64,000 nt of DNA from Desulfosudaceae bacterium (GCA_963674745.2 CAXXDV010000003.1:2208001-2272000), one strand, 5' to 3'. Shown: positions 1-10,210, counted from the first letter of the stretch. A program made the numbers and translations. Notes: generated by a model from the sequence alone, not told the origin.

Positions 1-64
1 TTGATTAAAGCCATAGTATTACCGGAAACCCTTGGTTGTCTATCCTTTTTAGTATCACGTATTA

Positions 65-208
65 AGGGCACCTCTAAAAATTGCCTTTTGGCCCGATCTC
101 GGCGTTGTGCTCAAATTTTAATCCTCGAAATACGTCTATGTATTCCTCCGGTTAAAATTTTCGCACGCCTTGACCTCGAACCAAAATTCTAATTTTTAGA
201 GATACCCT
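65..208. mobile_element. MITE-like element with 18-bp imperfect terminal inverted repeats
   Basis: AGGGCACCTCTAAAAATT (65-82) and AATTTTTAGAGATACCCT (191-208) are 16/18 inverted complements; no transposase inside. Confidence 0.6.
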
Positions 209-320
209 GAAGTTTATACGATTTGACAAACCCTCCGACTGGCTGTAAAAAGTAGAATGATTTGCCCGGCGACACACTTGCCATGATTTGCCGGATAACG
301 GAAACCGACAACAAAAATAT

Positions 321-392
321 AGGGTGTTTCTAAAAATTGGAACCTGAGCACAATCCCGACATCGGGCAAAAGGGATTTTTTAGAGGTGCCCT
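321..392. mobile_element. Shorter, inverted, internally deleted copy of the same MITE-like element
   Basis: Ends AGGGTGTTTCTAAAAATT and ATTTTTTAGAGGTGCCCT; internal TGAGCACAATCCCGACATCGGGCAAAAGG is close to the reverse complement of 84-113. Confidence 0.55.
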
Positions 393-405
393 GAAGAGAG
401 CGTTC

Positions 406-1128
406 ATGAAAAAATCAGTTGGATTGTATATTTTAGCTTTTTTTATGTGCCACATATTTGCCTGTTCTGATGAAAACAGGGATATTAAACTTGACACCAC
501 CGATAAAAAATTCAGCTATGTCATGGGCTATGAAGCAGTTGGCGTGATCGACAATCTTGAAGCCGTAGCCATCGACAAAGACGCTTTCATAAAAGGCATC
601 AGGGATGCTTTTGATAATGAACTGCCTCTTTTGACCCAGCAGGAAGGCCTGGAAATCAAGGCGCTGGTCTTTGAAAAGGAGCGCGCCCTTAAAAACCAGC
701 AGATCATGAAAGACACGAAAAAAAATCTGGATGAGCAGAAGGCGTTCCTGGAGCACAATAAAACGCTGGACGGGATTGAGGCGACCGCCGGTGGGTTGCA
801 ATACAAAATACTTGAAAAAGGAGACGGCCCGCGGCCCTCACCAGAAAGTGCCGTCCGTCTTCACTCCCGGGCAAGGCTTCTGGATGGTACATTGGTTGAA
901 TCCCTGTCCACCCGGGACACATCTGTTGTTGTTCCGGTTAAAGGCAATCTGCCTTTCTGGGAAAAGGTACTCGCGGTCATGCCCGCAGGAAGCCGGTACC
1001 GTTTTTTTGTCCCCTCAGCCCTTGCCTATGGCGAGATGGGTAATTTCGTTGACGGCGGCCGCGTCGGCCCAAACCAGTTGATCATTATTGACATTGAATT
1101 GCTGGAGATTATCAAACCAGCAGGTTAA
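406..1128 (+). CDS. FKBP-type peptidyl-prolyl cis-trans isomerase (FkpA/Mip-like), probable lipoprotein
   Basis: KFSYVMG N-domain, GLQYKILEKGDG, FFVPSALAYG, DIELLEI motifs; lipobox-like IFAC; start moved to ATG 406 because the upstream ORF part is MITE sequence. Confidence 0.88.
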   Translation: MKKSVGLYILAFFMCHIFACSDENRDIKLDTTDKKFSYVMGYEAVGVIDNLEAVAIDKDAFIKGIRDAFDNELPLLTQQEGLEIKALVFEKERALKNQQIMKDTKKNLDEQKAFLEHNKTLDGIEATAGGLQYKILEKGDGPRPSPESAVRLHSRARLLDGTLVESLSTRDTSVVVPVKGNLPFWEKVLAVMPAGSRYRFFVPSALAYGEMGNFVDGGRVGPNQLIIIDIELLEIIKPAG

Positions 1129-1171
1129 TGAGTCAGATGACAACCACATCGGCTATAAATGGCAGGCGGCT

Positions 1172-2608
1172 GTGAAACGACCTCGACTATTTCTGACAAA
1201 TATCGGCAAAAGACAGTACGAATTTTCGTTAATCACGCCGCCCCTCGGCATTATGTACCTGGCGGCTTATATCCGGTCCCGGTTCGATGCCGATATCATG
1301 CTGGTCAATCAAAAGGTCGCCGGCTATTCCAATGACCAGCTCATCAGTAAAGCGATTGAATTCAAAGCGGATATAATCGGCTTAAGCGTGTTGACGCCCA
1401 CTGCGCACAATCTTCCCTACCTGACCCGCATACTGAAAAAAATGATGCCCCGGGCACTGGTCATTATCGGTGGCCCTCATGTGTCTGCCTTTGAGGCGAG
1501 GTCACTTGAAAACAACATGGCCGACATCGCCGTTCCCAGAGAGGGTGAACTGGCCCTGGAGCAGATCGTGCGGGCTTATCTGGAAGGCGACTCTAACGCC
1601 TTTGAAGCAATACCGGGAATATTCCGACGATGCCCGGACGGTCAGGTTATCACCAATCCGGGCAGCATCCCTTTTATCAAGGATATTGATTCACTGCCGC
1701 CACCGGCCTACGACCTGATAGACCTTAAACCATACTGGAAAACACAGTCCATGCCGCCGCTGCCGCACCGGAGATACGCCTCCCTTTTTTCCAGCCGCGG
1801 ATGCCCCTACCATTGCATTTACTGTCACAGGGTCTTCGGAGATGCCTTCCGCAGCCATTCAGCCGAGCGCATTGCCGATGAAATGGCCTGGCTGCAGAAA
1901 AAATTTAACGTCCGGGATTTCGAATTTCTGGATGATATTTTCAATCTGAATAAAAAACGAATACGGCGTTTGTCCGAACAGATTTCAAAAAAACAAATCA
2001 AAACAAAACTGGTCTTCCCCAACGGGGTTCGAACCGATATCCTTGATAAAGAAGATATTGACTTGCTTTTTCGTATGGGTATGTATTTCGCCAGTTTTGC
2101 CCTGGAGTCAGGATCGCCCCGGATTCAAAAGCAGATCGGCAAAAACCTGAATATCGACAAATATATCGAAAATGTGAATTACGCAGCCTCTCTGGGGGTC
2201 GTCTGCAACGGATTTGCCATGATGGGGTTCCCCACAGAGACCGAAGAAGATCTCCGGATGACAATAGATGTAACCTGCGGATCCCGACTCCACACGGTGT
2301 CTTTTTTTACCACCACCCCGTTTCCCAACACGGAAATGTATCGCCTGGCGCAGGAGAAATTCCCGGAACGATTACAGGGACTGGTCTATAATGACATGGA
2401 ATATGCCGGCCTGGCCGTCAACCTGTCGGATGTGCCGGACCGGGTACTGTTTGCTTATCAGCGTCAGGCCAACAGACGCTTTTTCCTCAATCCCAATCGA
2501 TTGGCCCGGTTAATAAAAGACTATCCTCAACCCTATAAATTGCCGCTCTACCTTCCGGTTTTTGCCCGTCGCGCCCTGAAAGGCCTTTATCGACACCGGC
2601 CTGAATGA
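1172..2608 (+). CDS. B12-binding domain radical SAM protein
   Basis: PPLGIMYLAA, IIGGPHVS, SRGCPYHCIYC (CxxxCxxC), ALESGS, MMGFPTET; probable GTG start at 1172 (ORF track starts 1088). Confidence 0.9.
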   Translation: MKRPRLFLTNIGKRQYEFSLITPPLGIMYLAAYIRSRFDADIMLVNQKVAGYSNDQLISKAIEFKADIIGLSVLTPTAHNLPYLTRILKKMMPRALVIIGGPHVSAFEARSLENNMADIAVPREGELALEQIVRAYLEGDSNAFEAIPGIFRRCPDGQVITNPGSIPFIKDIDSLPPPAYDLIDLKPYWKTQSMPPLPHRRYASLFSSRGCPYHCIYCHRVFGDAFRSHSAERIADEMAWLQKKFNVRDFEFLDDIFNLNKKRIRRLSEQISKKQIKTKLVFPNGVRTDILDKEDIDLLFRMGMYFASFALESGSPRIQKQIGKNLNIDKYIENVNYAASLGVVCNGFAMMGFPTETEEDLRMTIDVTCGSRLHTVSFFTTTPFPNTEMYRLAQEKFPERLQGLVYNDMEYAGLAVNLSDVPDRVLFAYQRQANRRFFLNPNRLARLIKDYPQPYKLPLYLPVFARRALKGLYRHRPE

Positions 2609-2692
2609 ACTATGGCTTAACAGATTTTTTTTACTGCCTTAGGGCAACGGCCTGATTTTGAACAATAACGCAAAAAAATTATCAGCCTCGCG

Positions 2693-3673
2693 TCAGCGCT
2701 CCTGATCCTGAAGACCGGCCACAACCGCAGGATAAATTTTACTGTAAATCGCTTTGGCCACCAGGTTATGACCGGCCGGAGACCAGTGATGGTCATCGTA
2801 ATATAATGACGATGGGGCATGACCACTGGCACTGAGTACTGAAAAAATATCGATTCGTGGATTTTTCGACCAACCCGACAACTGGAACAATTTTCCTTCC
2901 AGGCACCAGGTCGGCGTAATAAAAAAAGTTTTAATACCGGATCGCCATGCGCATTTCTCAATTTCCTTTAAATTATTATAGCAATCCCAGAGAGAAGCGC
3001 GTTCCACTTTTTCTCGATATGTTTTGCTCTGGTCATAAAAGAATTTTTTGAACCCAAAATACAGGCCATACATGGTCTGGTAAAACTCGGATTTCAACAG
3101 AATCGGATGAGCCCGGAGAAAAAACCCGGAAAAAGACTGCCGGTGATTATTTCCGCCTTCCCCGTCGTTTTCTCCGTATTGGACGATCAGCATATCCGGA
3201 TCGAACCCGAGGATATTTTCCTTTAAATAACGCAACTCCTGGAGCGAAGAATATCCGGGCACACCGGCGTTAATCACTTCAACCGTCCCCTGACCGAAGG
3301 CGGTATCAAACATCTGTTGTAATCGAGCAGGATAAGTGGATTCGTATGGACACCCCACGCCAAACGTACAGGAATTACCCAGGCAAAATATTTTGTATGC
3401 ATTATTCGTTTTCTTTTCATACAAATCCGGCCCCCGGAACCCCTGGGCGTTAACCTCCGTCTGGGCACAAGACGGCGTCAGGCGCCAGAACCGGGTCGAA
3501 TGAGGCTCAAAAAGGCCCAGTTCAACCGTCCTGTGGCCGACACCGATAAGGGGTTTTGGAAAATCAATATCGGAAACTCTCAAGCCGACTTCGCACAACA
3601 CAAGGGCAATCAACAGAACCAAACAGACAGAACCTGTTTTTTTAATCATTCTCATACGCCCGCAACTGTTCAA
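2693..3673 (-). CDS. SGNH/GDSL hydrolase-family protein with N-terminal membrane anchor
   Basis: Block I CLGNSCTFG, block II INAGVPGYSS, block III GEND, block V DDHHWS; start may be a few codons downstream. Confidence 0.85.
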   Translation of the reverse strand: MNSCGRMRMIKKTGSVCLVLLIALVLCEVGLRVSDIDFPKPLIGVGHRTVELGLFEPHSTRFWRLTPSCAQTEVNAQGFRGPDLYEKKTNNAYKIFCLGNSCTFGVGCPYESTYPARLQQMFDTAFGQGTVEVINAGVPGYSSLQELRYLKENILGFDPDMLIVQYGENDGEGGNNHRQSFSGFFLRAHPILLKSEFYQTMYGLYFGFKKFFYDQSKTYREKVERASLWDCYNNLKEIEKCAWRSGIKTFFITPTWCLEGKLFQLSGWSKNPRIDIFSVLSASGHAPSSLYYDDHHWSPAGHNLVAKAIYSKIYPAVVAGLQDQER

Positions 3674-3833
3674 AACATGAATATAAATGCTGTTCCTGCA
3701 GCCCCAGGGCGATCTTTCGCCACATATAAAAGCCGGTCAAACAAAGATTGCCTTCTGATTTTAACACGTATATAGTATTTTTCATTATTTTGAACGAAGG
3801 GGCAACACATTCCTCTTTTTTGAGAAAAACACC

Positions 3834-4625
3834 ATGACGGGGAGAAATGAAATTATCCGGTTGACCATATTGATTACCGTCTATTCCGAAGAGACTGCGC
3901 TGCAACAGACAATTCAACGGCTGACACAAAATGACTGCGGCTACATTCACGAAATTCTCCTGGTTGTATCCCCCTTATCGTCTCTGAAGTGCCTGGAAAT
4001 CTGCCGCAACCTGGCCGAAGAAAATACGCTGGTCAAATTTATGCTTCAAAAAAATGCCGGCGTGGGGCACGCGGTTCGGGAAGGATTCGCCGTCGCTAGC
4101 GGTGACTACATCACCCTTATGTCGGCTGATCTTGAGAATGATCCCGATACCGTCGATCGAATGGTCAGCCGGATCGAACAGACCGGCTGTCAGGCGGTTC
4201 TTGCCAATCGCTGGCTGAAAAACGGCGGGTTTCAAAACTATCACCCGCTGAAACTGGCCTTAAACTTTTGTTTTCAGCAGGTATTCAAACGCATATATGC
4301 CACCGATGTAGGCGATTTGACGTTTGGTTTCAAGACCTTGAAAAAAGACATGGTCGATGCCATCAACTGGGAAGGGACCTTCCATGAAATTTTCATTGAA
4401 ACGACCTTGAAACCGTTGCTTCAGAATGCATCCATTTACCAGGTCCCCACGGTCTGGACGGGACGAAAAGAAGGGGTCAGTAAAAACAGTTTTTTTATTA
4501 ATTGCCGATACGTCTGGCTGGCCGTCAAGCTGATCCGTCACATTCCGGCGCAACGAAAAAAAGCGCACGAGGCGACAGGAAAACCCGCCATTGCCGTTCC
4601 CCGGCGGGAACACAACGAACTGTAG
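3834..4625 (+). CDS. Glycosyltransferase family 2 (DPM1-like)
   Basis: ITVYSEE, NAGVGHAVREGF, MSADLENDP, DLTFGFK, GRKEGVSK. Confidence 0.85.
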   Translation: MTGRNEIIRLTILITVYSEETALQQTIQRLTQNDCGYIHEILLVVSPLSSLKCLEICRNLAEENTLVKFMLQKNAGVGHAVREGFAVASGDYITLMSADLENDPDTVDRMVSRIEQTGCQAVLANRWLKNGGFQNYHPLKLALNFCFQQVFKRIYATDVGDLTFGFKTLKKDMVDAINWEGTFHEIFIETTLKPLLQNASIYQVPTVWTGRKEGVSKNSFFINCRYVWLAVKLIRHIPAQRKKAHEATGKPAIAVPRREHNEL

Positions 4626-4687
4626 CACATGCGGTTCCAACAAGACCGGTTGGCAAAAGACGGATCTTCAGGCATAGGAGTGCCGAT

Positions 4688-6193
4688 GTGCATGTTACCC
4701 TGATTAACCCGCCGGCTCTTGTCGGGCGGTTTAATTATTCCGCTTTTACCCACCCGCCAATGGGACCGGCCTACCTGGCCGCCTGCCTGCGGCAGAAAGG
4801 GCACACGGTAAGCATTATTGACGCCGTAGGCGAGGCGATATCAGAGTTCGCTCCCTATCCGCCTTCAAACCGTTTCCTGGTACAGGGATTGCGATTTGAT
4901 GACATTATCCACCGGATCCCCCCCGAGAACGCGCTTACCGGTATTTCCTGCATGTTTTCACATACCTGGCCGCTGGTCAGGGGACTGATCCGGCAAATAA
5001 AATCCGCTTTCCCCGATGTGCCCGTTATTGCAGGCGGTGAACACCCCACCGCCCTGTACGCGTATTGTCTCCGCCAGGCGCCCCTGGAGGCCTGTGTTCT
5101 GGGGGAAGCAGAAAATACGATCGTCGAAATCGCCGACGCCCTGGAAAACGGATGCCCCCTGTCTGAAATCGAAGGGATCGCCTGGATAAACAAGGAAACC
5201 CGGGAAGTGGTGAGAACCGGAGAGAGAAAGGTGATTACCGACCTTGACACCCTGCCCTCACCGGCCTGGGACCTGATTCCCTGGAAAGAATACAGGCTTT
5301 TTGACGGGCCGGTGCTGTCGCAGCCTTTTGCCATTTTGGCGTCCCGAGGATGCCCTCACAATTGCGCCTTCTGTTCTGCCCCGAACATGTGGCAACGGGT
5401 ATGGCGGAAACGGACACCGGAGAACATCATTCAGGAGATGATGGATTATATCTCAGCCCACCGGATTGCGGAGTTCCAATTCAGGGACATCAGTCCGCTG
5501 ATCCAACAAGAATGGATCCAGGATTTATGTATGACGATCCGTGAGCAACTCCCGGGCATCCGCTGGCAGATGCCGGTCGGCGGCCGGCCGGAAGTGATAG
5601 ACGAAACAACGGCCGGGTTACTGGTCAGTTCCGGATGCCGGCATATCCAGTTCGCCCCGGAAAGCGGCAGTCCGGCCGTATTGGCGGCCATGAACAAACA
5701 TTTGGATTTAAACCGGTTCAAACAGGCCGTGGTAGTGGCAAAAAATGCGGGCATGCGCATCAGCGTGCTGTTTATCATCGGTTTTCCCGGTGAAACCCGT
5801 CGGGACATCATGCTGACCTACCGCCTGATACGCTGGCTGGCAAGACATGACGTCGAAGAAATCGCGGTTTCCTCTTTTGTACTGCTGCCGGGAACACAGA
5901 TATTTAATCGAATAACCGCTTCACGGACATTAAAAATAGACGATGCCTTTTTTTATCAAGCGGCGGGCGCAACTGCCTTTACCCCCTCGGCTTCCTGGAA
6001 CCCGGATATGGGGAAATTTTCCCTGCTGATATACAAATGGCTGGGACTGATTCAATTTTACGCCATTGCTTTTTTCCGCCACCCCTCGAGGCTGACACGG
6101 ATACTATCAAACCTGAGAAGGGGGCGGCAGGAGACCAAAATCGACCGTGTTATGGCGGAAATCGTCACCAAAATCAAACGACGTGCTTTTTAA
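4688..6193 (+). CDS. B12-binding domain radical SAM protein
   Basis: PPMGPAYLAA, IAGGEHPT, SRGCPHNCAFC, APESGS, IIGFPGET; GTG 4688 follows AGGAG (ORF track starts 4502). Confidence 0.9.
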   Translation: MHVTLINPPALVGRFNYSAFTHPPMGPAYLAACLRQKGHTVSIIDAVGEAISEFAPYPPSNRFLVQGLRFDDIIHRIPPENALTGISCMFSHTWPLVRGLIRQIKSAFPDVPVIAGGEHPTALYAYCLRQAPLEACVLGEAENTIVEIADALENGCPLSEIEGIAWINKETREVVRTGERKVITDLDTLPSPAWDLIPWKEYRLFDGPVLSQPFAILASRGCPHNCAFCSAPNMWQRVWRKRTPENIIQEMMDYISAHRIAEFQFRDISPLIQQEWIQDLCMTIREQLPGIRWQMPVGGRPEVIDETTAGLLVSSGCRHIQFAPESGSPAVLAAMNKHLDLNRFKQAVVVAKNAGMRISVLFIIGFPGETRRDIMLTYRLIRWLARHDVEEIAVSSFVLLPGTQIFNRITASRTLKIDDAFFYQAAGATAFTPSASWNPDMGKFSLLIYKWLGLIQFYAIAFFRHPSRLTRILSNLRRGRQETKIDRVMAEIVTKIKRRAF

Positions 6194-6277
6194 CGACAAT
6201 GTCCCTCAAAAAATCAGTTATCATTTTATAGTGAAAGGGCACAAACGGGGGGGGGCGAGTGGACGTGACGCACAAGC

Positions 6278-6301
6278 GGGCACGGCACGCCGTGCCCCTA
6301 C
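6278..6301 (-). repeat. GTAG-type REP-like palindrome
   Basis: Minus strand GTAGGGGCACGGCGTGCCGTGCCC: GTAG tetramer followed by a GC-rich hairpin, between convergent genes. Confidence 0.6.
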
Positions 6302-6333
6302 ATGAATTCGTAACCAGCACCGTGAAGAAGGGA

Positions 6334-8643
6334 TCAAAAGCCCGGGCCCTCATCAACCCGTGAGATATTCAGGTCAATCCGCTTGAGCATGTTTTTGAAT
6401 TTCGCATTATCCGGTTCGTATGCCATGGCTCTGCGAATAAAAGCCAGAGACCGTTCCGGATTGTCCAGCCATAACATCAAATCCGCGGCCCGATAGTACG
6501 CCTCACCATCGGGCAGACCGATTGTAAGGGCCTGCTGCATCAGTTTCATTGTCATACGCCGATCTCCCGCAGACAGCCATTTTTCGGCCCTGTTCATCGT
6601 CTGAATGGCATAGTCAATGCGTTCGGTTACGGTCCGAACGTGTGTATCGTTAAACCAGCCATCCGACGGTCCTGCAGGCTCCTTGAACAGCACGGGATCA
6701 TAAACGGGAAAATAAGGCACGATATATCCGGCGCAGGCCGCTTTTTCCTTGTCTGAGTCCAGGACCTGAAAAATCTGATAATACCTGTTCCGGTACACCA
6801 GCCTCAGCCGCCGGAAACTGTCCGGCGCAAAGTGCAGCCGGTAGGTCAGGTTGTTCCGGGGTACTTTAGACAGCCCCGCCAGATAACGTTTACCGTCAGG
6901 GTCGGCCTTTAAGAGGTTCCGGATGGGATAAAGATAATAATCGGTCTCCAGATCATCAAGCATTCGGTAAAGGGCATCTTCATCCTGGCCGAAAAGGGTC
7001 AGCAATATTTTCCGGTGCTTTTCCCTGATATCTTCGGCTTCCATCTTGGGATGCTGATTAATGGCCCGTCCGGTATAGGCCAAAATCGAGGGGCTGTTCT
7101 CTATATTACTTAAAAATACGGCCGTATCAGGGGTATGATGCCTTATCCAGTCCAGCATGTGCTTCTCATCTCCGGCATAAACCGCCAGACGCGGTCGTGA
7201 ATTATCGGCGCCAAGTTGTCTGGCCGTTTTCGCCAGATATGTGTTGTCCCACAACACCGCTTCCCGAACCTGAAAAATCAGGCACGCGGCCAGCATGATA
7301 CCCGATAGCCGGTTTTGATTAAAATAAACAGCCCGGTCCGGGGCAGCCCCTGTTTTTGTCCTGTCGGAGAGGAAAAGAAAGGCAACCGCCGTTCCCAGAA
7401 AAAAGGCGCTGAAGATAATCAGCCGCTGCGCCATGATGTTTGCCCCCAGAAACATGACGGCCAGAAAAATGACCATGAGCTCATCAAAACGGGCTTGACG
7501 CCGTTTGGTTTTAATAAAGCAGGCAAATGCCATCAGGGCCAGCGGCAGCAGCAGGCCGAAACGATAAATCAGAAAAAAAAACGGCGGGCTATTAAACGGA
7601 CCGTTCCAGAGAATGCGCCCTTCAAAGGGTAACATCCCCGGATTGTCGGGCTTGACCAGGAGGTTGGACAATTTGTATTTAAACAGCGCCCAGACATGGC
7701 CATAAACGGAATTTTCGGTTCCCAGAGAAAAGATCAGAAGGATGAGAACAACACCGGACGCCAGCAAAAACAGGCGAGAAAAAAAATTCAGGCCGATTTT
7801 CGTATCAATGAACAATACGATTACCACCAGAACGCCGGTCAGCACGGCCGGTGAAAAAAGCAGCGCGCTGGTTCGCATGACCGGTGACACCACACCGGCC
7901 GCCGCGACAAACACCAGGACCACAACCGCCGTGTTAAATTGATGCCGTTTGCCGCCGGTAAAAAGAAAGGCCCAGGCCATGGCGGCCCAGAACATCAACA
8001 GATAAAAGCGGGTAAAATGCCAGCAGACCAGGGCGGCGGTCAGGCAGACACCGGACAAGGCGGCCGAGACCATTGGATATGGCCGGCCCCGCAGGGCATA
8101 CAGGCAGGCGGCAAAAGACAGTGCCATCAACGGAAAAGCCGTGGCCTCGAGTTCATAAAACTGCACCCGCCCGAATGCCGCACCGGAAAAGGCATACAGG
8201 GCGGAAATATACAGGGCCGGCCAGGACCGGCCGCCAAGCGCCCGTACACACAAAAACACCGCCGGAACCGTCAGGCAGGAAAAAAAAGCGATAAAATAAA
8301 CCAGAAACGTGTACAGGGAAACATTTGGGAAAAAACCGGAAAACAGGCGGAAGGACAGGCCATGCAGATATTCCTGAAACAGCGTCAGCTCCCGGAAAGG
8401 GGTTATCCCTTCCGGCCATTGCGGTTTTTTATCAAACAGAGGGATCGGTTCGTCATCGGCCACCATCCGGGTATGCCGGAATTGAAACGCCTCTTCGGTA
8501 TAAAATGACCCGATATCCGCATCAATGTCATAATATGACAGTTCTTTGAACCGTTCCGCCCGATGAAACGCGGCACCGGTGATGATAACCGCCAAACACA
8601 GCCAAACAAAAAATGGCCGGTATTTTTCCTGGGGTATATTCAT
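6334..8643 (-). CDS. GT-C fold membrane glycosyltransferase, DPY19-like (STT3 superfamily), with C-terminal TPR
   Basis: Many TM helices; SFYTEEAFQF, RVQFYELEATAFP, WHFTRFYLL, WIRHHTPDTAVF...TGRAINQHPKME resemble DPY19 blocks; no WWDYG motif. Confidence 0.7.
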   Translation of the reverse strand: MNIPQEKYRPFFVWLCLAVIITGAAFHRAERFKELSYYDIDADIGSFYTEEAFQFRHTRMVADDEPIPLFDKKPQWPEGITPFRELTLFQEYLHGLSFRLFSGFFPNVSLYTFLVYFIAFFSCLTVPAVFLCVRALGGRSWPALYISALYAFSGAAFGRVQFYELEATAFPLMALSFAACLYALRGRPYPMVSAALSGVCLTAALVCWHFTRFYLLMFWAAMAWAFLFTGGKRHQFNTAVVVLVFVAAAGVVSPVMRTSALLFSPAVLTGVLVVIVLFIDTKIGLNFFSRLFLLASGVVLILLIFSLGTENSVYGHVWALFKYKLSNLLVKPDNPGMLPFEGRILWNGPFNSPPFFFLIYRFGLLLPLALMAFACFIKTKRRQARFDELMVIFLAVMFLGANIMAQRLIIFSAFFLGTAVAFLFLSDRTKTGAAPDRAVYFNQNRLSGIMLAACLIFQVREAVLWDNTYLAKTARQLGADNSRPRLAVYAGDEKHMLDWIRHHTPDTAVFLSNIENSPSILAYTGRAINQHPKMEAEDIREKHRKILLTLFGQDEDALYRMLDDLETDYYLYPIRNLLKADPDGKRYLAGLSKVPRNNLTYRLHFAPDSFRRLRLVYRNRYYQIFQVLDSDKEKAACAGYIVPYFPVYDPVLFKEPAGPSDGWFNDTHVRTVTERIDYAIQTMNRAEKWLSAGDRRMTMKLMQQALTIGLPDGEAYYRAADLMLWLDNPERSLAFIRRAMAYEPDNAKFKNMLKRIDLNISRVDEGPGF

Positions 8644-8659
8644 AAAATATAAATTCAGC

Positions 8660-10210
8660 CTATTGCGTCTCAGGGACGGCTTGACCCGCCCCCCCCCGGT
8701 TGTCCGGCGGCCGGGTCAGCACCTTTTGTTTCAGGTACAGATTAACCAGGTTGTTTTGTGCCGGCGTAAAACCGGGTGACAGCGCTAAAGCCGCTTTAAA
8801 ATGATTTTCCGCCCCCGCCCGGTCGCCCTTAGCTGCCAGAACCAGGCCCAGGTTGTTGTGAGCACCGGGTGAATCGGGCTTGATGGTAACCGCTTTTCTG
8901 AAATATCTTTCGGCCAGGTCCATGCGCGACTGCTTGCGCCAGGCATTTCCCAACCCGATAGCGGCCAGAAAATTCTGCGGATTCAATGACAGGGCCCGGG
9001 AAAACAGGGTCACACTGTTTCTGTAGTCGGCAACATGGAAATAAGCGGTTGTCGCAAAAAAAGCGACCAGCGTAAGGGCTGTCACCGTCATGACGCTTCT
9101 GCCCCCCGGTGAAACGACCCTTCTTGCCGGAACGATCCAGACCAGGGCGGACATCAGTCCCATCAGCGGTATATACATGTAGTGATCGGCCCGGGCCGGC
9201 CAGGGCCCGGATCTGACCACCCCGAAGGAAGGGATTAAAAATACCAGGAACCAGATCCATCCTAAAAAAACCATCGGCCGGCGATGACGATACCGGATGG
9301 CCGCCACCGTTAACAGCAGGATAAGAGTGCCGGAGACAACCGGCTGCCAGAGGGGAATGGACTCGGGGAAAGGGTAATAAACGGACAGTTGAAAGGGGCA
9401 TAAAACCTGGATCAAATAAATGCTAAACGAAACCAGAGCGTTGGCTGCCAGCATCCCGAATGTCATGACACCGTCGGACACCACCGGGCTGCCCCCCTGC
9501 CTTGCGGCCAGCACAGCCAGCAAACGGAGTATGGACAGCATAATGAACGGCAACAGGGTCATCATTTTTTGGCGGGCATTGGCGTCTAGGCATACGGGCA
9601 CGGGCGGGCTGTTGTCCTGAGCGTTAACCAGAAAAAAAAGGATAACCGGAACCATTACCGCCGTTGGTTTGGCCAGCAGCGCCAGGACAAACAGCACCAG
9701 GCTGAGCCCATACCCGCTTTTTCTCCGAGCCGTCAAGTAGCGCCTGAAGGCCAGCAGGGTAGCAATGATCAGCAGGGCGCACAGAAGGTTGGAGCGTTCC
9801 GCCACCCAGGCCACCGAATCCACGCCCAGGGGATGAACGGCAAAAAAGCCGGCCGCCAGCCCCGGCCGCCAGAACGCGCCGGTCAGTTGTACCAGCAGAG
9901 CGAAAAAAGACAACGTCACCAGGGCGTGAACAGCAACGCTGGTCAGGTGATGACGGCCGGCATTAAAGCCGGCCCAGGTCACATCGGCCATGTGGGAGAT
10001 TAAAGACAGGGGATAAAAGAAGACATTCTCCCGCCAGGCGGATGAGACGGCCCACTTTAAACCTTGCCGGGTTAAGCCCTGCCGGACATGAATATTTTCA
10101 GTCACCAGTTGGGGATCATCAAATCCCACAAATTCGAATTGCCGGGTCTGAAAATAAACCACCGCCACCAGCATCGCCAGGCAGGCGCTCATCAACAGGT
10201 ATCGCGTCAT
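8660..10210 (-). CDS. TMTC-like membrane glycosyltransferase with TPR repeats (divergent paralog)
   Basis: FVGFDD, HPLGVDSVAWVAER, ALLAKP, ADHYMYIP, C-terminal TPRs (AHNNLG, AQNNL). Confidence 0.85.
   Translation of the reverse strand: MTRYLLMSACLAMLVAVVYFQTRQFEFVGFDDPQLVTENIHVRQGLTRQGLKWAVSSAWRENVFFYPLSLISHMADVTWAGFNAGRHHLTSVAVHALVTLSFFALLVQLTGAFWRPGLAAGFFAVHPLGVDSVAWVAERSNLLCALLIIATLLAFRRYLTARRKSGYGLSLVLFVLALLAKPTAVMVPVILFFLVNAQDNSPPVPVCLDANARQKMMTLLPFIMLSILRLLAVLAARQGGSPVVSDGVMTFGMLAANALVSFSIYLIQVLCPFQLSVYYPFPESIPLWQPVVSGTLILLLTVAAIRYRHRRPMVFLGWIWFLVFLIPSFGVVRSGPWPARADHYMYIPLMGLMSALVWIVPARRVVSPGGRSVMTVTALTLVAFFATTAYFHVADYRNSVTLFSRALSLNPQNFLAAIGLGNAWRKQSRMDLAERYFRKAVTIKPDSPGAHNNLGLVLAAKGDRAGAENHFKAALALSPGFTPAQNNLVNLYLKQKVLTRPPDNRGGAGQAVPETQ

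Noticed and set aside
1..192. 63-aa ORF, and the N-terminal extension of the FKBP ORF from 337
   Set aside because: Both overlap the MITE-like repeats; no recognisable protein features
6334..8643. Call as PglB/AglB oligosaccharyltransferase
   Set aside because: No WWDYG motif; conserved blocks fit DPY19 better
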